NCBI GenBank assembly: GCA_963741085.1
Contig: CAVUGM010000003.1
Coordinates: 267,447-331,446, forward strand
Reading direction: 5' to 3'
DNA from: an uncultured Chloroflexia bacterium
Lineage (GTDB): Bacteria > Chloroflexota > Limnocylindria > Limnocylindrales > CSP1-4
DNA: 64,000 bases
Below the pieces are notes generated by a model. The model was not told the origin of the DNA and did not search any database. It saw nothing but the letters and a program-made list of their open reading frames with translations. A program made the translations under genes and the position numbers. Below, piece by piece: positions 33,089 through 42,960 of the stretch. Within the stretch, counting starts at the first letter, position 1; every line of letters starts with the position of its first letter.

Positions 33089-33200
33089 TGCGCCTTGCCG
33101 CGATCAGGCGCAGTCGACCGTGCGCTCGTGGCACGAAAGCGGTCAGAGCACGCCACAATCCGGGGTGACCACCCCTGCGGTCGATCGAAGAGGTGCCGCG

Positions 33201-34022
33201 ATGAGCGAGCTCCGGGGTTCGGGGTCGAGCCTCCCCGCCGCGCCCGGCGGCGCGGCCGGGCCGGGCGACGGTGCCTGGCGGCTCGTCGCGACGGTCGCAA
33301 CACCGGAGCCGAGCTCAGCGTCCGCGGCTGTCGAACCGGAGACGGCGGCTGTGGCCGTCCTCGACCAGGCCGGGCGTCAGCTGCGAGCGCCGTGGGCGGC
33401 GAGTGCGGCCGGGCTCCTCTTCTCGATGCTGTTCACGGCGGCGATGGTCCTCCTGCGAACGTCCCCCCTGACGACGGCCAGCGACGCGGAGCTTCGGCGC
33501 ATGTTCGCGGAAGGCCAGGACCTCTCGATCGTGGTCGGTGCCCTCTACCTCGCGCCGTTCGCCGGCGTGATGTTCCTGTGGTTCGTCGCGGTGATTCGGG
33601 ACCAGGTGGGCGATCGAGAGGACCGCTTCTTCGCCACGGTCTTCTTCGGCAGCGGCCTGCTTTTCGTGGCCCTCGTGTGGGCGTCGGCTGCCGCCTCCGG
33701 CGCGATCGTCGTTGGCGTTCGGTACTTCGGGCTCGAGGTACCACCAGCGGCCGTCATGGGATGGATGCGCTCCCTGGCCTACGCCTTGGCATTCGCCTTT
33801 GCGACACGCGCTGCGGCGGTATTCATGATCTCGGCCGCGAGCATTGGACTCCGGAGCAAGACGTTCCCAAGCTGGTTCGCGTGGACCGGCTACCTCTTCG
33901 GCGCCGTCCTGCTCCTCGGCGTGGCGTTCTGGGACTGGATCATCCTTCTGCTCCCGGCATGGGTGGCGGCAGTAAGCCTGTTCATCCTCCGTCGCGAGCG
34001 GTCGCGCAGCCAGGCCGCCTGA
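33201..34022 (+). CDS. Hypothetical polytopic membrane protein.
   Basis: GAAGAGG lies 7 nt before ATG 33201. There are 5-6 predicted TM segments (LLFSMLFTAAMVLL, VVGALYLAPFAGVMFLWFVAVI, VFFGSGLLFVALVWA, and others). I recognise no family. Confidence 0.6.
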   Translation: MSELRGSGSSLPAAPGGAAGPGDGAWRLVATVATPEPSSASAAVEPETAAVAVLDQAGRQLRAPWAASAAGLLFSMLFTAAMVLLRTSPLTTASDAELRRMFAEGQDLSIVVGALYLAPFAGVMFLWFVAVIRDQVGDREDRFFATVFFGSGLLFVALVWASAAASGAIVVGVRYFGLEVPPAAVMGWMRSLAYALAFAFATRAAAVFMISAASIGLRSKTFPSWFAWTGYLFGAVLLLGVAFWDWIILLLPAWVAAVSLFILRRERSRSQAA

Positions 34023-34060
34023 GCCCGCGACCGGCGCGCCGAGTACCCGAGCGCACCACA

Positions 34061-34969
34061 ATGGAGCCCGACCGGCCGAGCCCCAGCCACGAGCCAGGAG
34101 TCGCGATCCCGATGAACGGCACCCCGCGCCTCGAGATGAAGAGCACAGCCTACGAGCTCTTCATGGCGCTGCTCACGCTGCTGTCCACCGTCAACCTAGT
34201 GGTGCTCCTGTTGCCCTTGGAGGGCGCCGGAAAGCAGGTTGTCTTCGCCGTCGACCTCGTTCTCGCGCCGATTTTCCTCGTCGACTTCCTCGTCCGCCTG
34301 GCGACGGCGCAATCGCGTCGTGGATATATCGTTCGCGGCTGGGGCTGGACCGATCTCTTGGCGGTGTCCCCGGTTCTGCGGACCTTCCGGCTCATGCACG
34401 TGGCCGCCGTGGTCCGCGAGCTCCGCTCGCGCGGGACGGGCACGATCGCGGAGGAGCTGTACGTCTCGAGGGCCGCGGCGACCTTCTTCGTGACGATCTT
34501 CATGGTCCTCGTCGTGCTCGAGGCCGCCGGCGCGCTCGTCCTCAACGCCGAGGCCGGCGCAGCCGCAGCCAACATCAAGACGCCCGGCGACGCCCTGTGG
34601 TGGGGCTACGTGACGATCACCACGGTGGGCTACGGGGACGAGTACCCGGTCACGCCGTGGGGCCGGATCATCGGCGTCTTCCTCCTCACGGCCGGGGTGG
34701 CCCTGTTCAGCGTCTTCACGGGCTTCATTGCGAACGCCTTCCTCGCTCCCCGGCGGGCGCCCCGCCGGGCGAATCGCCGGGTCGAGGCGGGCAGCGTCCT
34801 CGCCGAGATCAGCGCGATCCGCGACCTCCTCGCCGAGGGCGAGGAGCGCAACGCCGGCCTCCGGTCGCGGCTCGACGCTCTCGAGCGGGCGCTAGTCGGG
34901 GTCGCCACGCCCGAGGCGCTCGCCTCTCCGCCCCCGGCGGGGCGGTCGCCCGGCTCCTCCGGGGCCTGA
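34061..34969 (+). CDS. Ion-transport-family potassium channel (TVGYGD selectivity filter).
   Basis: Contains WWGYVTITTVGYGDEYPVTPWGRIIGVFLL and an S4-like segment LRTFRLMHVAAVVRELRSRG. Start taken at MEPDRPSP (34061), within ORF 33095..34969. Confidence 0.85.
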   Translation: MEPDRPSPSHEPGVAIPMNGTPRLEMKSTAYELFMALLTLLSTVNLVVLLLPLEGAGKQVVFAVDLVLAPIFLVDFLVRLATAQSRRGYIVRGWGWTDLLAVSPVLRTFRLMHVAAVVRELRSRGTGTIAEELYVSRAAATFFVTIFMVLVVLEAAGALVLNAEAGAAAANIKTPGDALWWGYVTITTVGYGDEYPVTPWGRIIGVFLLTAGVALFSVFTGFIANAFLAPRRAPRRANRRVEAGSVLAEISAIRDLLAEGEERNAGLRSRLDALERALVGVATPEALASPPPAGRSPGSSGA

Positions 34970-34973
34970 GTGC

Positions 34974-35441
34974 ATGACCGACCGCGTCTCGGCCGGCATC
35001 CTGCTTTTCCGGCGCCCGGCAGGGGGCGGCCTCGAGGTGCTGGTTGGCCACCCGGGTGGGCCCTACTTCGCCGCGAAGGACCTTGGCGCCTGGTCGATCC
35101 CGAAGGGCGAAGTCGAGCCCGGCGAGGATCTCTACCAGGTCGCGCGACGCGAGTTCCACGAGGAGACCGGCCATCCGGCGCCCGGCGGGCCCGCGATCCC
35201 GCTCGGGTCGATCCGCCAGAAGGGCGGCAAGCTCGTCCATGCCTGGGCACTGGAGGGCGACCTGGACCCGGCAGCCGCGGTCAGCAACACGTTCTCGATG
35301 CCATGGCCACCGGGGTCCGCGTCGCTCGCGGCCTTCCCGGAGATCGACCGCGTCGCCTGGTTCGACCCGGACGAGGCGCGGCGGCGCCTGAAGGAGGCCC
35401 AGGCGACCTTCGTCGACCGCCTCGCCGCCGCGCTGGGCTGA
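34974..35441 (+). CDS. NUDIX hydrolase.
   Basis: 155-aa ORF with the Nudix box WSIPKGEVEPGEDLYQVARREFHEETG. Confidence 0.85.
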   Translation: MTDRVSAGILLFRRPAGGGLEVLVGHPGGPYFAAKDLGAWSIPKGEVEPGEDLYQVARREFHEETGHPAPGGPAIPLGSIRQKGGKLVHAWALEGDLDPAAAVSNTFSMPWPPGSASLAAFPEIDRVAWFDPDEARRRLKEAQATFVDRLAAALG

Positions 35442-35541
35442 GCTGTCGGTCGCGGCGGCGGATCGTCCTGGGGCCGCCTGCGTCGCCCGCCGCGGGTAGA
35501 CTTCGAGCGTCCCTGAGAAAGCCTTCGCGCGGAGGTCCCCG

Positions 35542-36072
35542 ATGTCCCGCTTCAGCGACGCGATCAACGCCCAGGTCGGCAACGAGTTCGGCGCCTCGCA
35601 GCAGTATGTGGCGATCGCGGTCTGGTACGACGCTGAGACCCTGCCGGGGCTGGCAGCACACTTCTACCGCCAGGCGGTGGAGGAGCGCAACCACGCGATG
35701 ATGCTGGTGCAGTACCTCCTCGACGCCGGCGAGCCGGTGGTCCTCCCCGGCCTCGCCGCCCCGACGACGAGCTTCTCGAGCCCGGTCGAGCCGGTCGAGC
35801 TCGCCCTGGCCCAGGAGCGGCGGGTCACCGACCAGATCTCGAACCTCGTGACGATCGCCCGGGAGGAGAACGACCGGATCGCCGAACAGTTCCTGCAGTG
35901 GTTCCTCAAGGAACAGCTCGAGGAGATGTCGACCATGAGCGCGCTGCTCCGCACGGTGGAGCGCGCGGCGGCCGTCAACATCCTGCTCGCCGAGGACTAC
36001 CTGGCTCGGGTGGCGGCAGCCAGCGGCGGCGCCGAGGTGGACGCGCCGCGCGCGGCGGGCGGCGCCCTCTGA
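35542..36072 (+). CDS. bfrB: Non-haem ferritin (BfrB-type).
   Basis: Contains QYVAIAVWYDAETLPGLAAHFYRQAVEERNHAMMLVQYLLD and EQFLQWFLKEQLEEMS, closely following the mycobacterial BfrB pattern. GGAGG lies upstream of the ATG. Confidence 0.85.
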   Translation: MSRFSDAINAQVGNEFGASQQYVAIAVWYDAETLPGLAAHFYRQAVEERNHAMMLVQYLLDAGEPVVLPGLAAPTTSFSSPVEPVELALAQERRVTDQISNLVTIAREENDRIAEQFLQWFLKEQLEEMSTMSALLRTVERAAAVNILLAEDYLARVAAASGGAEVDAPRAAGGAL

Positions 36073-36614
36073 GCCTCCGCGATCGACGTCGCCGTTCCCG
36101 CCTGGAGCCGCGGCGATCGGGACCCGCCGGCGGGCGCGGGCGCGCCGCCGCCATCAGCCTGGCCCTCGCCCTGGTCGTGGCCGGCTGCTCGGCGACCGCC
36201 ACTCCGAGCCCCGCACCGTCGGCCTCGTCCTCGCCATTCCCCCAGGCCTCGTTCACCGGTGGCACCGGAGGCGCCCGCCTCACCCAGCCCGGGAACGTGG
36301 CCTGGGACGGAGGCTGGTGCGAGCGCGGAGCCGGCGACGCGTGGCTGGCGTTGAACATCGGATCGCCGAACGGCGCCGAGTACTTCGGCCTGGTCGTGGG
36401 TCAGAGCCCGTACACGCCGACGGCAACGCGCGGCGCACTGGGTGGCGGGACCTTCGGGGGCACCGAGGCAATCATCACCTGGCGCCACCAGGGCGCGGCG
36501 ACCTCGGTCGTGCCGGCCGGCCTGGACCTCGAGATGGCAAAGGACCTCATGCAGGGCTCGTTCAGCGGCCGTCTTGCCGACGGCACTGCGGTGCAGGGCA
36601 CGTTCTCCTGCTGA
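36069..36614 (+). CDS. Putative lipoprotein. The start codon is not identifiable.
   Basis: The signal/lipobox is AAISLALALVVAGCSATATPSPAPS, followed by a Gly-rich mature domain ending in QGTFSC. No ATG, GTG or TTG lies in frame between the ferritin stop and the lipobox. The possibilities are an indel or a non-canonical start. Confidence 0.5.
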   Translation: MSLRDRRRRSRLEPRRSGPAGGRGRAAAISLALALVVAGCSATATPSPAPSASSSPFPQASFTGGTGGARLTQPGNVAWDGGWCERGAGDAWLALNIGSPNGAEYFGLVVGQSPYTPTATRGALGGGTFGGTEAIITWRHQGAATSVVPAGLDLEMAKDLMQGSFSGRLADGTAVQGTFSC

Positions 36615-36748
36615 CGTCCTGAACCGCCACCGCGGTGCCCCCACGGGCGAAATGCCTGCCGGCGACCGGCTCGGCGGTTCAGGTTCCAGCGGTCAGCGAC
36701 GTCGCCTTGGCCCGCCCGGGCTGGGCCGTCGCCGGCCCGGCGCATCGG

Positions 36749-37036
36749 TCACCGGTATGACGACGTGGCCTGCTTGCGGCCGGCGAAGACGCCGACTCCC
36801 CAGGTGCCGAGGTCGAGGGCGAACGCGGCGACCAGGAAGATGATGTTCAGAAGGCTCAGCCCGTTCCGCTGGACGATGCCGTAGACGAACGTGGTCCACG
36901 GGAAGAACAGGAATCCCCCGAGGAACCAGATCTGCGCCCCGAACAGGGAGCCCCAGTAGGCCTGGTCGTTCGACCAACCCACGAGGAGGAGAAACCGCGG
37001 CATCAGGACGCCGATCACCGCCATCGCGCAGCCCAC
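36749..37036 (-). CDS. Hypothetical small membrane protein, paralogue of 24144..24449.
   Basis: GGGAGGTGG lies upstream of the GTG at 37036. Sequence: ...MAVIGVLMPRFLLLVGW...FLFFPWTTFVYGIVQRNGLSLLNIIFLVAAFALDLGTWGVG. It shares the F(P/F)(F/W)TT..Y and AF.LDLG..G motifs with 24144..24449. Confidence 0.6.
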   Translation of the reverse strand: MGCAMAVIGVLMPRFLLLVGWSNDQAYWGSLFGAQIWFLGGFLFFPWTTFVYGIVQRNGLSLLNIIFLVAAFALDLGTWGVGVFAGRKQATSSYR

Positions 37037-37238
37037 AGACCACCTCCCGTGATCCCGACCGGCTCGGACCCGGCTGAAGCCGCACCCGCGATCGAGGCCG
37101 ATCGACTCGCCCGGAGCCACCGGCTGGGCGCCAGCGTACGCCACCACCGGTCGCCACGGAAGCCTCGTCCGGGACTGGCTCGCCCCCGTCGCGACCCGCG
37201 GCCGCGCCGCGCCACGGGTTCCCGTTCCGGGCCGCTCG

Positions 37239-38555
37239 TCAGGCCGAGGCACGCACCTCGATCAGGCGCCGAACCAGGAAGGCGCGCTCGGCGTCGTTCG
37301 TGACGAGCGCGAGCGCGTGCTCGTAGGCGGCTGCGGCTTCGGGGCGACGGCCGAGTCGCCGGAGCAGGTCGGCCCGCGCCGCGTGGTAGAGGTGGTAGTC
37401 GTCGAGCGCGCCGTCGGCCCCGAGCCCTTCCACCAGCAGCAGCCCCGCAGCGGGGCCGTCCGCCATGGCCACGGCGACCGCGCGGTTGAGCTCGACGACG
37501 GGGCCTGGGGCCACCCGCGCGAGCTCCCCGTACAGTGCGGCGATCTCGGCCCACGGCGTCCCCGCGGCAGTGCCGCTCCGGCCGTGACAGGCGGCGATCG
37601 CGGCCTGGAGGAGATACGGCCCGGGCGCCGCGCCGTCGGGCAGGGCGCGGAAGCCGGCCTCGACGAGGGCAAGCCCCTCGTCCACCTGGGCGCGGTCCCA
37701 GCGCGAGCGATCCTGGTCCTCGAGGAGGACGAGCCGGCCGTCGGGTTCCGTGCGAGCATCGCGCCGGGAATCCTGGAGGAGCAGGAGCGCCAGCAGGCCA
37801 CTCGCCTCGAGCGCATCGGGCATCAGGGCGACGAGGAGGCGGGCCAGCCGGATCGCCTCAGCGCACAGGTCGCGGCGAACCAGGGAGTCGCCGGCGGTTG
37901 CGCTGTAGCCCTCGTTGAAGACGAGGTAGAGGACCGCCAGGACTCCGTCGAGGCGATCGGGAAGCAGCTCGTCGGGCGGCACCCGGTACGGGATCCCGGC
38001 GTCGCGGATCTTCCGCTTGGCGCGGACGATTCGCTGGGCCAGCGTCGCCTCGGGGACCAGGAACGCCCGCGCGATCTCGGGTGTGGTGAGGCCGCCCAGG
38101 GTTCGCAGCGTGAGGGCGACACGAGCGTCCAGCGCCAGCGCCGGGTGGCAGCACGTGAAGACCAGGCGCAGCCGGTCGTCTGCGAGGCGGCTCTCGCTCC
38201 CCAGGCGCACGGTCGACTCCGTTCCTGCGGCCAGCAGACCGCGTTCGAGCTCGACGAGCTTCTCGGCGTGGCGGCGGGCTCGGCGCAGCCGGTCGAGGGC
38301 GCGGTTGCGGGCGGTCGTCGTGATCCACGCTCCCGGGTTGGCCGGGATGCCGTCGCGCGGCCACGTCTCGAGCGCTGCCACGAAGGCGTCCGCGACGGCC
38401 TCCTCGGCCGCCTCGAAGTCTCCCCCGAGGAGCCGGATCAGGGTGGCCAGGACGCGCCCGGATTCGTCGCGGAAGGTCCGCTCGACGCCGGTCCGGACGT
38501 CGGTTCGGCTGCCGGCCGACCCGACGGGAACCCCGGCCTCGTCCGCGTCGGTCAT
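37239..38555 (-). CDS. ECF sigma factor with a long C-terminal TPR-like extension (COG4941/ECF42-like), intact.
   Basis: 438-aa ORF. It contains [48 protein letters not shown], region 4 [36 protein letters not shown], and a roughly 250-aa C-terminal domain. Confidence 0.85.
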   Translation of the reverse strand: MTDADEAGVPVGSAGSRTDVRTGVERTFRDESGRVLATLIRLLGGDFEAAEEAVADAFVAALETWPRDGIPANPGAWITTTARNRALDRLRRARRHAEKLVELERGLLAAGTESTVRLGSESRLADDRLRLVFTCCHPALALDARVALTLRTLGGLTTPEIARAFLVPEATLAQRIVRAKRKIRDAGIPYRVPPDELLPDRLDGVLAVLYLVFNEGYSATAGDSLVRRDLCAEAIRLARLLVALMPDALEASGLLALLLLQDSRRDARTEPDGRLVLLEDQDRSRWDRAQVDEGLALVEAGFRALPDGAAPGPYLLQAAIAACHGRSGTAAGTPWAEIAALYGELARVAPGPVVELNRAVAVAMADGPAAGLLLVEGLGADGALDDYHLYHAARADLLRRLGRRPEAAAAYEHALALVTNDAERAFLVRRLIEVRASA

Positions 38556-38576
38556 CCGCGTCGCGCCACCGCCGCC

Positions 38577-38918
38577 CTACATCCCCACGATGGGCCGGAC
38601 TTCCATCGAACCGTACAGTGCGCCGGGGCAGCGGGCGGCCGCCTCGAGGGCCAGGTCGAAGTCGTCGGTGTCCACGATGTAGTAGCCGCCGAGGACCTCC
38701 TTGGTCTCGGCAAAGGGCCCGTCGGTGGTGAGCGTCCGGCCGTCGCGGACCCGGATCGTGGTCGCCGCGCTGGTCGGGGCAAGCGGGTCGCCGCCGCGGT
38801 AGATCCCCTTCTCACGGAGCCAGTCCGTGTAGGCGTTCCACGGCGCCATGTCGGGCATCCCCTGCCCGGCCTCGCTCCGCGCCTCCTCCGGCGTGTAGAT
38901 CAGGAGCATGTACTGCAT
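38577..38918 (-). CDS. YCII-related (DGPF-motif) protein.
   Basis: Sequence: MQYMLLIYTPEE...TTDGPFAETKEVLGGYYIVDTDDFDLALEAAARCP. It lies 21 nt upstream of the sigma gene. Confidence 0.85.
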   Translation of the reverse strand: MQYMLLIYTPEEARSEAGQGMPDMAPWNAYTDWLREKGIYRGGDPLAPTSAATTIRVRDGRTLTTDGPFAETKEVLGGYYIVDTDDFDLALEAAARCPGALYGSMEVRPIVGM

Positions 38919-39122
38919 CCGAGTCCCCTCTCTGGCGACGGGCGGGACGCCCCGCCTTCACCATCCCGACGAACGGCGGGCCCGGGAATCGACCGGGACC
39001 GGCGACGCCGAGCGGCTCGACCAATCCGGTGGCCGACGGTCGGCCCGTGGTCAGCGTCGCCGGGCTGTCAAGGGCAGGCGCCCGCCCAGTGCGGATTTCG
39101 TCGACGAAGTTGGCGACGTGGG

Positions 39123-39515
39123 ATGATGCCAGCCTCGATGGATCAACCCCACCCGCGCGCCGCCCTCGGGATCGAGCCGATCCGCACCATTTCGCGCGAC
39201 GAGCTCAAGGCGAAGCTCGAGCGCGGCGAAGACGTCAGGCTCGTCATGGCCCTGAACCGTTGGGCATACGAGGCGAAGCACATCCCGGGCTCGCTCCATT
39301 TCGACACGCCCGACGACCTGTATGCGGCACTCGGCCCCGGCGACGAGATCGTGGTCTACTGCTCGCAGAACGATTGCCTGTCGAGTGTCGCTGTCTACCG
39401 CGACCTCGTCGCCCGCGGCTACCGGAACGTGCGCCGCTACTCGGGCGGACTCATGGACTGGGAGGACGCCGGTCTGCCACTCGAGGGCACGTTCGTCGCC
39501 CGCGCGGCGTCCTGA
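39123..39515 (+). CDS. Rhodanese-domain protein.
   Basis: End of ORF 37317..39515: EAKHIPGSLHFD...EIVVYCSQNDCLSSVAVYRDLVARGYRNVRRYSGGLMDW. The start ATG is ambiguous (39123, 39126 or 39138). Confidence 0.75.
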   Translation: MMPASMDQPHPRAALGIEPIRTISRDELKAKLERGEDVRLVMALNRWAYEAKHIPGSLHFDTPDDLYAALGPGDEIVVYCSQNDCLSSVAVYRDLVARGYRNVRRYSGGLMDWEDAGLPLEGTFVARAAS

Positions 39516-39531
39516 CCGGACCGGCCTGACG

Positions 39532-40107
39532 ATGAGCGCGGGCGGTTTCGATGTCGCGGCGGGGTCTGCGGAGCCGCGGCCGGATCACCCGTACGCCGCC
39601 GAGATCGAGGCCGAGCGCAGGGGCTGGTACGAGTTCGCCGCCCTCGTGCGCTCGCTGACGCCCGAGGAGTGCCTGGTGCCCGGCTACTACGTCGATCCAG
39701 ACTGGACCGTGCGCGACCTGGCCGCGCACATCGGCCCCTGGCTCGCCGAGGCCGAGATCCAGCTCGAACGGCTGAACGCCGGAACCTACGAGGGCCACGA
39801 CGTCGAAATCGATGCCCTCAACGCGGGCTTCCGGGAGGCGATGCGCGACCAGCCATGGCACGTCGCCTGGACCCAGGCGAACGCCGGACGCACGCGGATG
39901 GTCGAGGAGTGGTACGCGCTCCGCGAGCAGACCGACGAGGCGGCGTGGTGGATGCGCAAGTCCGGCGCCGAGCACTATCTCGAGCACATCGGCCGCCTTC
40001 GGGAATGGGTCGACGAGCTGATCGGCCGGCGCTCAGCAGCGACCGAGATGGATCCGCCAGACCCCGAAGGATCGGCGGCATTCGAGGATCCGGTGGTACC
40101 ACGATGA
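39532..40107 (+). CDS. DinB-like / mycothiol-dependent-isomerase-N-terminal-like helical bundle protein.
   Basis: Sequence: MSAGGFDVA...WTVRDLAAHIGPWLAEAEIQLERL...AEHYLEHIGRLREW. The stop overlaps the next start (ATGA at 40104-40107). Confidence 0.55.
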   Translation: MSAGGFDVAAGSAEPRPDHPYAAEIEAERRGWYEFAALVRSLTPEECLVPGYYVDPDWTVRDLAAHIGPWLAEAEIQLERLNAGTYEGHDVEIDALNAGFREAMRDQPWHVAWTQANAGRTRMVEEWYALREQTDEAAWWMRKSGAEHYLEHIGRLREWVDELIGRRSAATEMDPPDPEGSAAFEDPVVPR

Positions 40108-41018
40108 CCGACGAGGCGTGGCCGGCCCTGCCCTATCCGGAATGGGCACCGACGAAGAAGACGCTCCACATGGTCGCGCAGATGGTCGGCAAAGCGCGCC
40201 TTGGCCTGGCACCCCCAGAGGCCGAGTGGCTCGGGACCTGCCTCTACCTCGACCCCCGCGGGTTTACGACGGGCGCCATGCCATTCGGGGTGAACGTTGT
40301 CAGCGTCTGCATCGACGTGTACGACAACGCCATCCGGATTGACGTCAGCGATGGTCGTCGCGCATCGGTCGCCCTCGGTCCGAACCGCTGCGTGGCCGAC
40401 ATCTGGGCGGATTTCCGGGCGGGTCTCGACGGCCTTGGGATCGACGTCCACATCTGGGAGAAGCCCCAGGAACTCACGGACACCACGCCGTTCTCGGAGA
40501 ACCGCCACGACTGCACACTCGTGCCCGACCACGCGCAGCGGTTCCACCGCGTCCTATGTGCGATCGATGGCGCGTTCGAGGAGTTCCGCTCGCCGTTCTT
40601 CGGGCGCACCGGCGTCCAGTTCTGGTGGGGCGGCTTCGACTTCGCCGTCCTCCTCTTCACCGGCCGCAAGCTGGCGGCGCCCGACGATCGCGGCTACATC
40701 ATGCGCTACGACCTCGACGCCGAGCAGCTGAATGCCGGCTTCTGGCCGGGCGACGACAACAGTCCAGAGGCACGGTTCTGGGCCTACGTCGTGCCGAGAC
40801 CTGAGGGTTGCGAAATCGCGCCGATCCGACCCTCTCCCGCCGCCTGGGTGGAGTCGATCTCCGAATGGCTCCTGTCCTACGAGCAGGTCCGTGCGAGCGA
40901 TGATCCCCGCCGGGCGATCCTGGACTTCCTCAACAGCGTCTACCGCGTTGCGGTGACCAACGGCGGCTGGGACGCCGAGACGTTCCGCTACGCGCCGCCG
41001 CCTGCGCCCCGAGCCTGA
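40104..41018 (+). CDS. DUF5996-family protein.
   Basis: Sequence: MTDEAWPALPYPEWAPTKKTLHMVAQMVGKARLGLAPPEAEW...FFGRTGVQFWWGGFDFAVLLFTG. Confidence 0.75.
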   Translation: MTDEAWPALPYPEWAPTKKTLHMVAQMVGKARLGLAPPEAEWLGTCLYLDPRGFTTGAMPFGVNVVSVCIDVYDNAIRIDVSDGRRASVALGPNRCVADIWADFRAGLDGLGIDVHIWEKPQELTDTTPFSENRHDCTLVPDHAQRFHRVLCAIDGAFEEFRSPFFGRTGVQFWWGGFDFAVLLFTGRKLAAPDDRGYIMRYDLDAEQLNAGFWPGDDNSPEARFWAYVVPRPEGCEIAPIRPSPAAWVESISEWLLSYEQVRASDDPRRAILDFLNSVYRVAVTNGGWDAETFRYAPPPAPRA

Positions 41019-41069
41019 GTGTGAGTCGCCGCTCCCAGGGTGAGGCTGCTGCGAGTCGCTCAACCCAGG

Positions 41070-41330
41070 CTACTGCTCGTAGCCCTCGACGGTGCGGGCG
41101 GTTCGGAGGGTCGCTCCGGACGGATCCTTGCCTGCGTCTCGGCGACCCTGCCGTTGGTGAAGCAGGTCGTAGCAGCGGTCCAGCTCGACTTTGATGGCCT
41201 GCAGCCGATCGCGCTCGCCGTCAGACAGGCCGCTCCCGTCACCGGCCTCCTGGTAGAGGCGTTCTTCTTCGCTCGAGAGGGCGTTGATGTACTCGAAGAT
41301 GTTGGTGTCTGCCACGTCACGACTCCCCAT
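41070..41330 (-). CDS. DUF2630-family protein.
   Basis: 86-aa ORF: IFEYINALSSEEERLYQ...RLQAIKVELDRCYDLLHQRQGRRDAGKDPSGATLRTARTVEGYEQ. Confidence 0.8.
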   Translation of the reverse strand: MGSRDVADTNIFEYINALSSEEERLYQEAGDGSGLSDGERDRLQAIKVELDRCYDLLHQRQGRRDAGKDPSGATLRTARTVEGYEQ

Positions 41331-41665
41331 CGTTTCACGGACCGAGGACTGCTGGGTGGCTGCCAGTCCTCGTCACTCTACTCGCGCGTCAGGCCATGTG
41401 GACCGGTCCAGTACTTGGCGTCGGGGTGGTCGACCATCCACCGTGGCCGCCTGTCGTTGCGGTTTCAGCGCCATCCACACGGCGTTCGACGACTCGCTCT
41501 CCGGGCGCGGCGTCAAACCCGTGCCGATGTTCTGACGCCACCAACCGGCCATCACGCACGGGGTGCCCGCCAACGGCGGCTTACAGGCTCAATCGGACCG
41601 GCCGCCGCGAGCCTGCTCGACCGCCGCCCGGACCCCGCTCGACCGGCCGCGTATCCTCGGGCATC

Positions 41666-42949
41666 ATGCCGCCCCGTCCCGCGATCCTCGCGGTCAATGG
41701 CCGCGAGGTGGCCGTCAGCAACCCCGACAAGGTCTTCTTCGCGGATGCCGCGGGCGGCCCGATCACGAAGATGGAGCTTGTCCACTACTACGTTGCCGTT
41801 GCGGACGGTGCCCTCCGCGGCGCCGGGGGCCGGCCGATGGCCCTCAAGCGCTACCCGAACGGGGCCGCCGGCGACTTCTTCTTCCAGAAGCGGGCGCCCG
41901 ACAAGCGCCCCGACTTCGTCCGCACGGTCGAGCTGCGATTTCCTTCCGGCCGGACCGCCGACGAGATCGTCGTGGACGACGCCGCGGCCCTCGCCTGGGT
42001 GATCAACCTGGGATGCATCGACCTGAACCCGCACCCTGTCCGGGCCGACGACCTTGACCACCCCGACGAGCTGCGAGTGGACCTGGATCCCGTCCCGGGG
42101 GTGGCGTGGGACGACGTGCGCCGCGTCGCGCTCGTCGTGCGCGACGCGCTTGCCGACGTCGGCCTGGTGGGCTGGCCCAAGACCTCTGGCAACCGGGGCA
42201 TCCACGTCAACGTCCGGATCGAGCGCAGCTGGACCTTCCCGGAGGTTCGGCGCGCTGCCCTTGCCTTGGCCCGGGATGTCGAGCGACGCGCCCCCGACCT
42301 CGCCACGAGCAAGTGGTGGAAAGAGGAGCGGCACGGCGTCTTCATCGACTACAACCAGAACGCCAAGGATCGCACGGTGGCATCCGCCTTCTCCGTCCGG
42401 CCCCGCCCGGATGCCCGGGTCTCCACCACGCTGCGGTGGGACGAGGTGGCCGACGTGGACGCGGCTGCCTTCACCGTGAGAACCGTTCCCACGCGGTTTT
42501 CCGACGAGGGCGACCCCCACCTCGGGATCGACAATGCCGTCGGCAGCCTCGAGGGCCTCCTCGAGCTCTCCGCGCGGCACGAGGCGGAGGGCCTCGGCGA
42601 CGCGCCGTGGCCGCCCAACTACGCGAAGACGCTCGACGAGCCGCCGCGGGTCCAGCCGTCGAAGCGACGGATGAGCACGAAGCCGCTGATCGAGATCGGG
42701 CGGGCGGCGAAGCAGGCCGACGCGATCGCGGGCCTCGAGCGCTGGAAGGCTCGCCATCCCGAGACCTGGCCGCACCTCCGCCCCGCCGACGTCCTCGTGG
42801 ACGCCATGCGTGGCCGCTCCACGACCTGGACCCGGATCCGGGTCAACCTGGAGAACGTCCCGCCGGACCTGCGCCCCCCACAGGAGCCGCTCGACCCGGA
42901 CTACGACCCGTGGGCGGGCGTGGAGTGGCCGGGGAAGCCGTCGGGCTGA
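41666..42949 (+). CDS. Stand-alone NHEJ polymerase/primase (LigD polymerase-domain protein) with a C-terminal extension of about 130 aa.
   Basis: Contains VSNPDKVFFADAAGGPITKMELVHYY, ALKRYPNGAAGDFFFQKRAP, LGCIDLNPHP, RVDLDP, WPKTSGNRGIHVNVRI and VFIDYNQNAKDRTVASAFSVRP. Confidence 0.85.
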   Translation: MPPRPAILAVNGREVAVSNPDKVFFADAAGGPITKMELVHYYVAVADGALRGAGGRPMALKRYPNGAAGDFFFQKRAPDKRPDFVRTVELRFPSGRTADEIVVDDAAALAWVINLGCIDLNPHPVRADDLDHPDELRVDLDPVPGVAWDDVRRVALVVRDALADVGLVGWPKTSGNRGIHVNVRIERSWTFPEVRRAALALARDVERRAPDLATSKWWKEERHGVFIDYNQNAKDRTVASAFSVRPRPDARVSTTLRWDEVADVDAAAFTVRTVPTRFSDEGDPHLGIDNAVGSLEGLLELSARHEAEGLGDAPWPPNYAKTLDEPPRVQPSKRRMSTKPLIEIGRAAKQADAIAGLERWKARHPETWPHLRPADVLVDAMRGRSTTWTRIRVNLENVPPDLRPPQEPLDPDYDPWAGVEWPGKPSG

Positions 42950-42960
42950 AGGCCAGACTG

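Noticed and set aside
33060-33090. Sigma-54-like TGGCAC motif upstream of the second sulfatase
   Set aside because: TGGCACG is present (minus-strand reading), but the element at the -12 position is TTCT, not TTGC. The motif is part of a 10-nt direct repeat. The Actinomycetota-like gene content also argues against RpoN. I interpret it as a direct-repeat regulator site instead.
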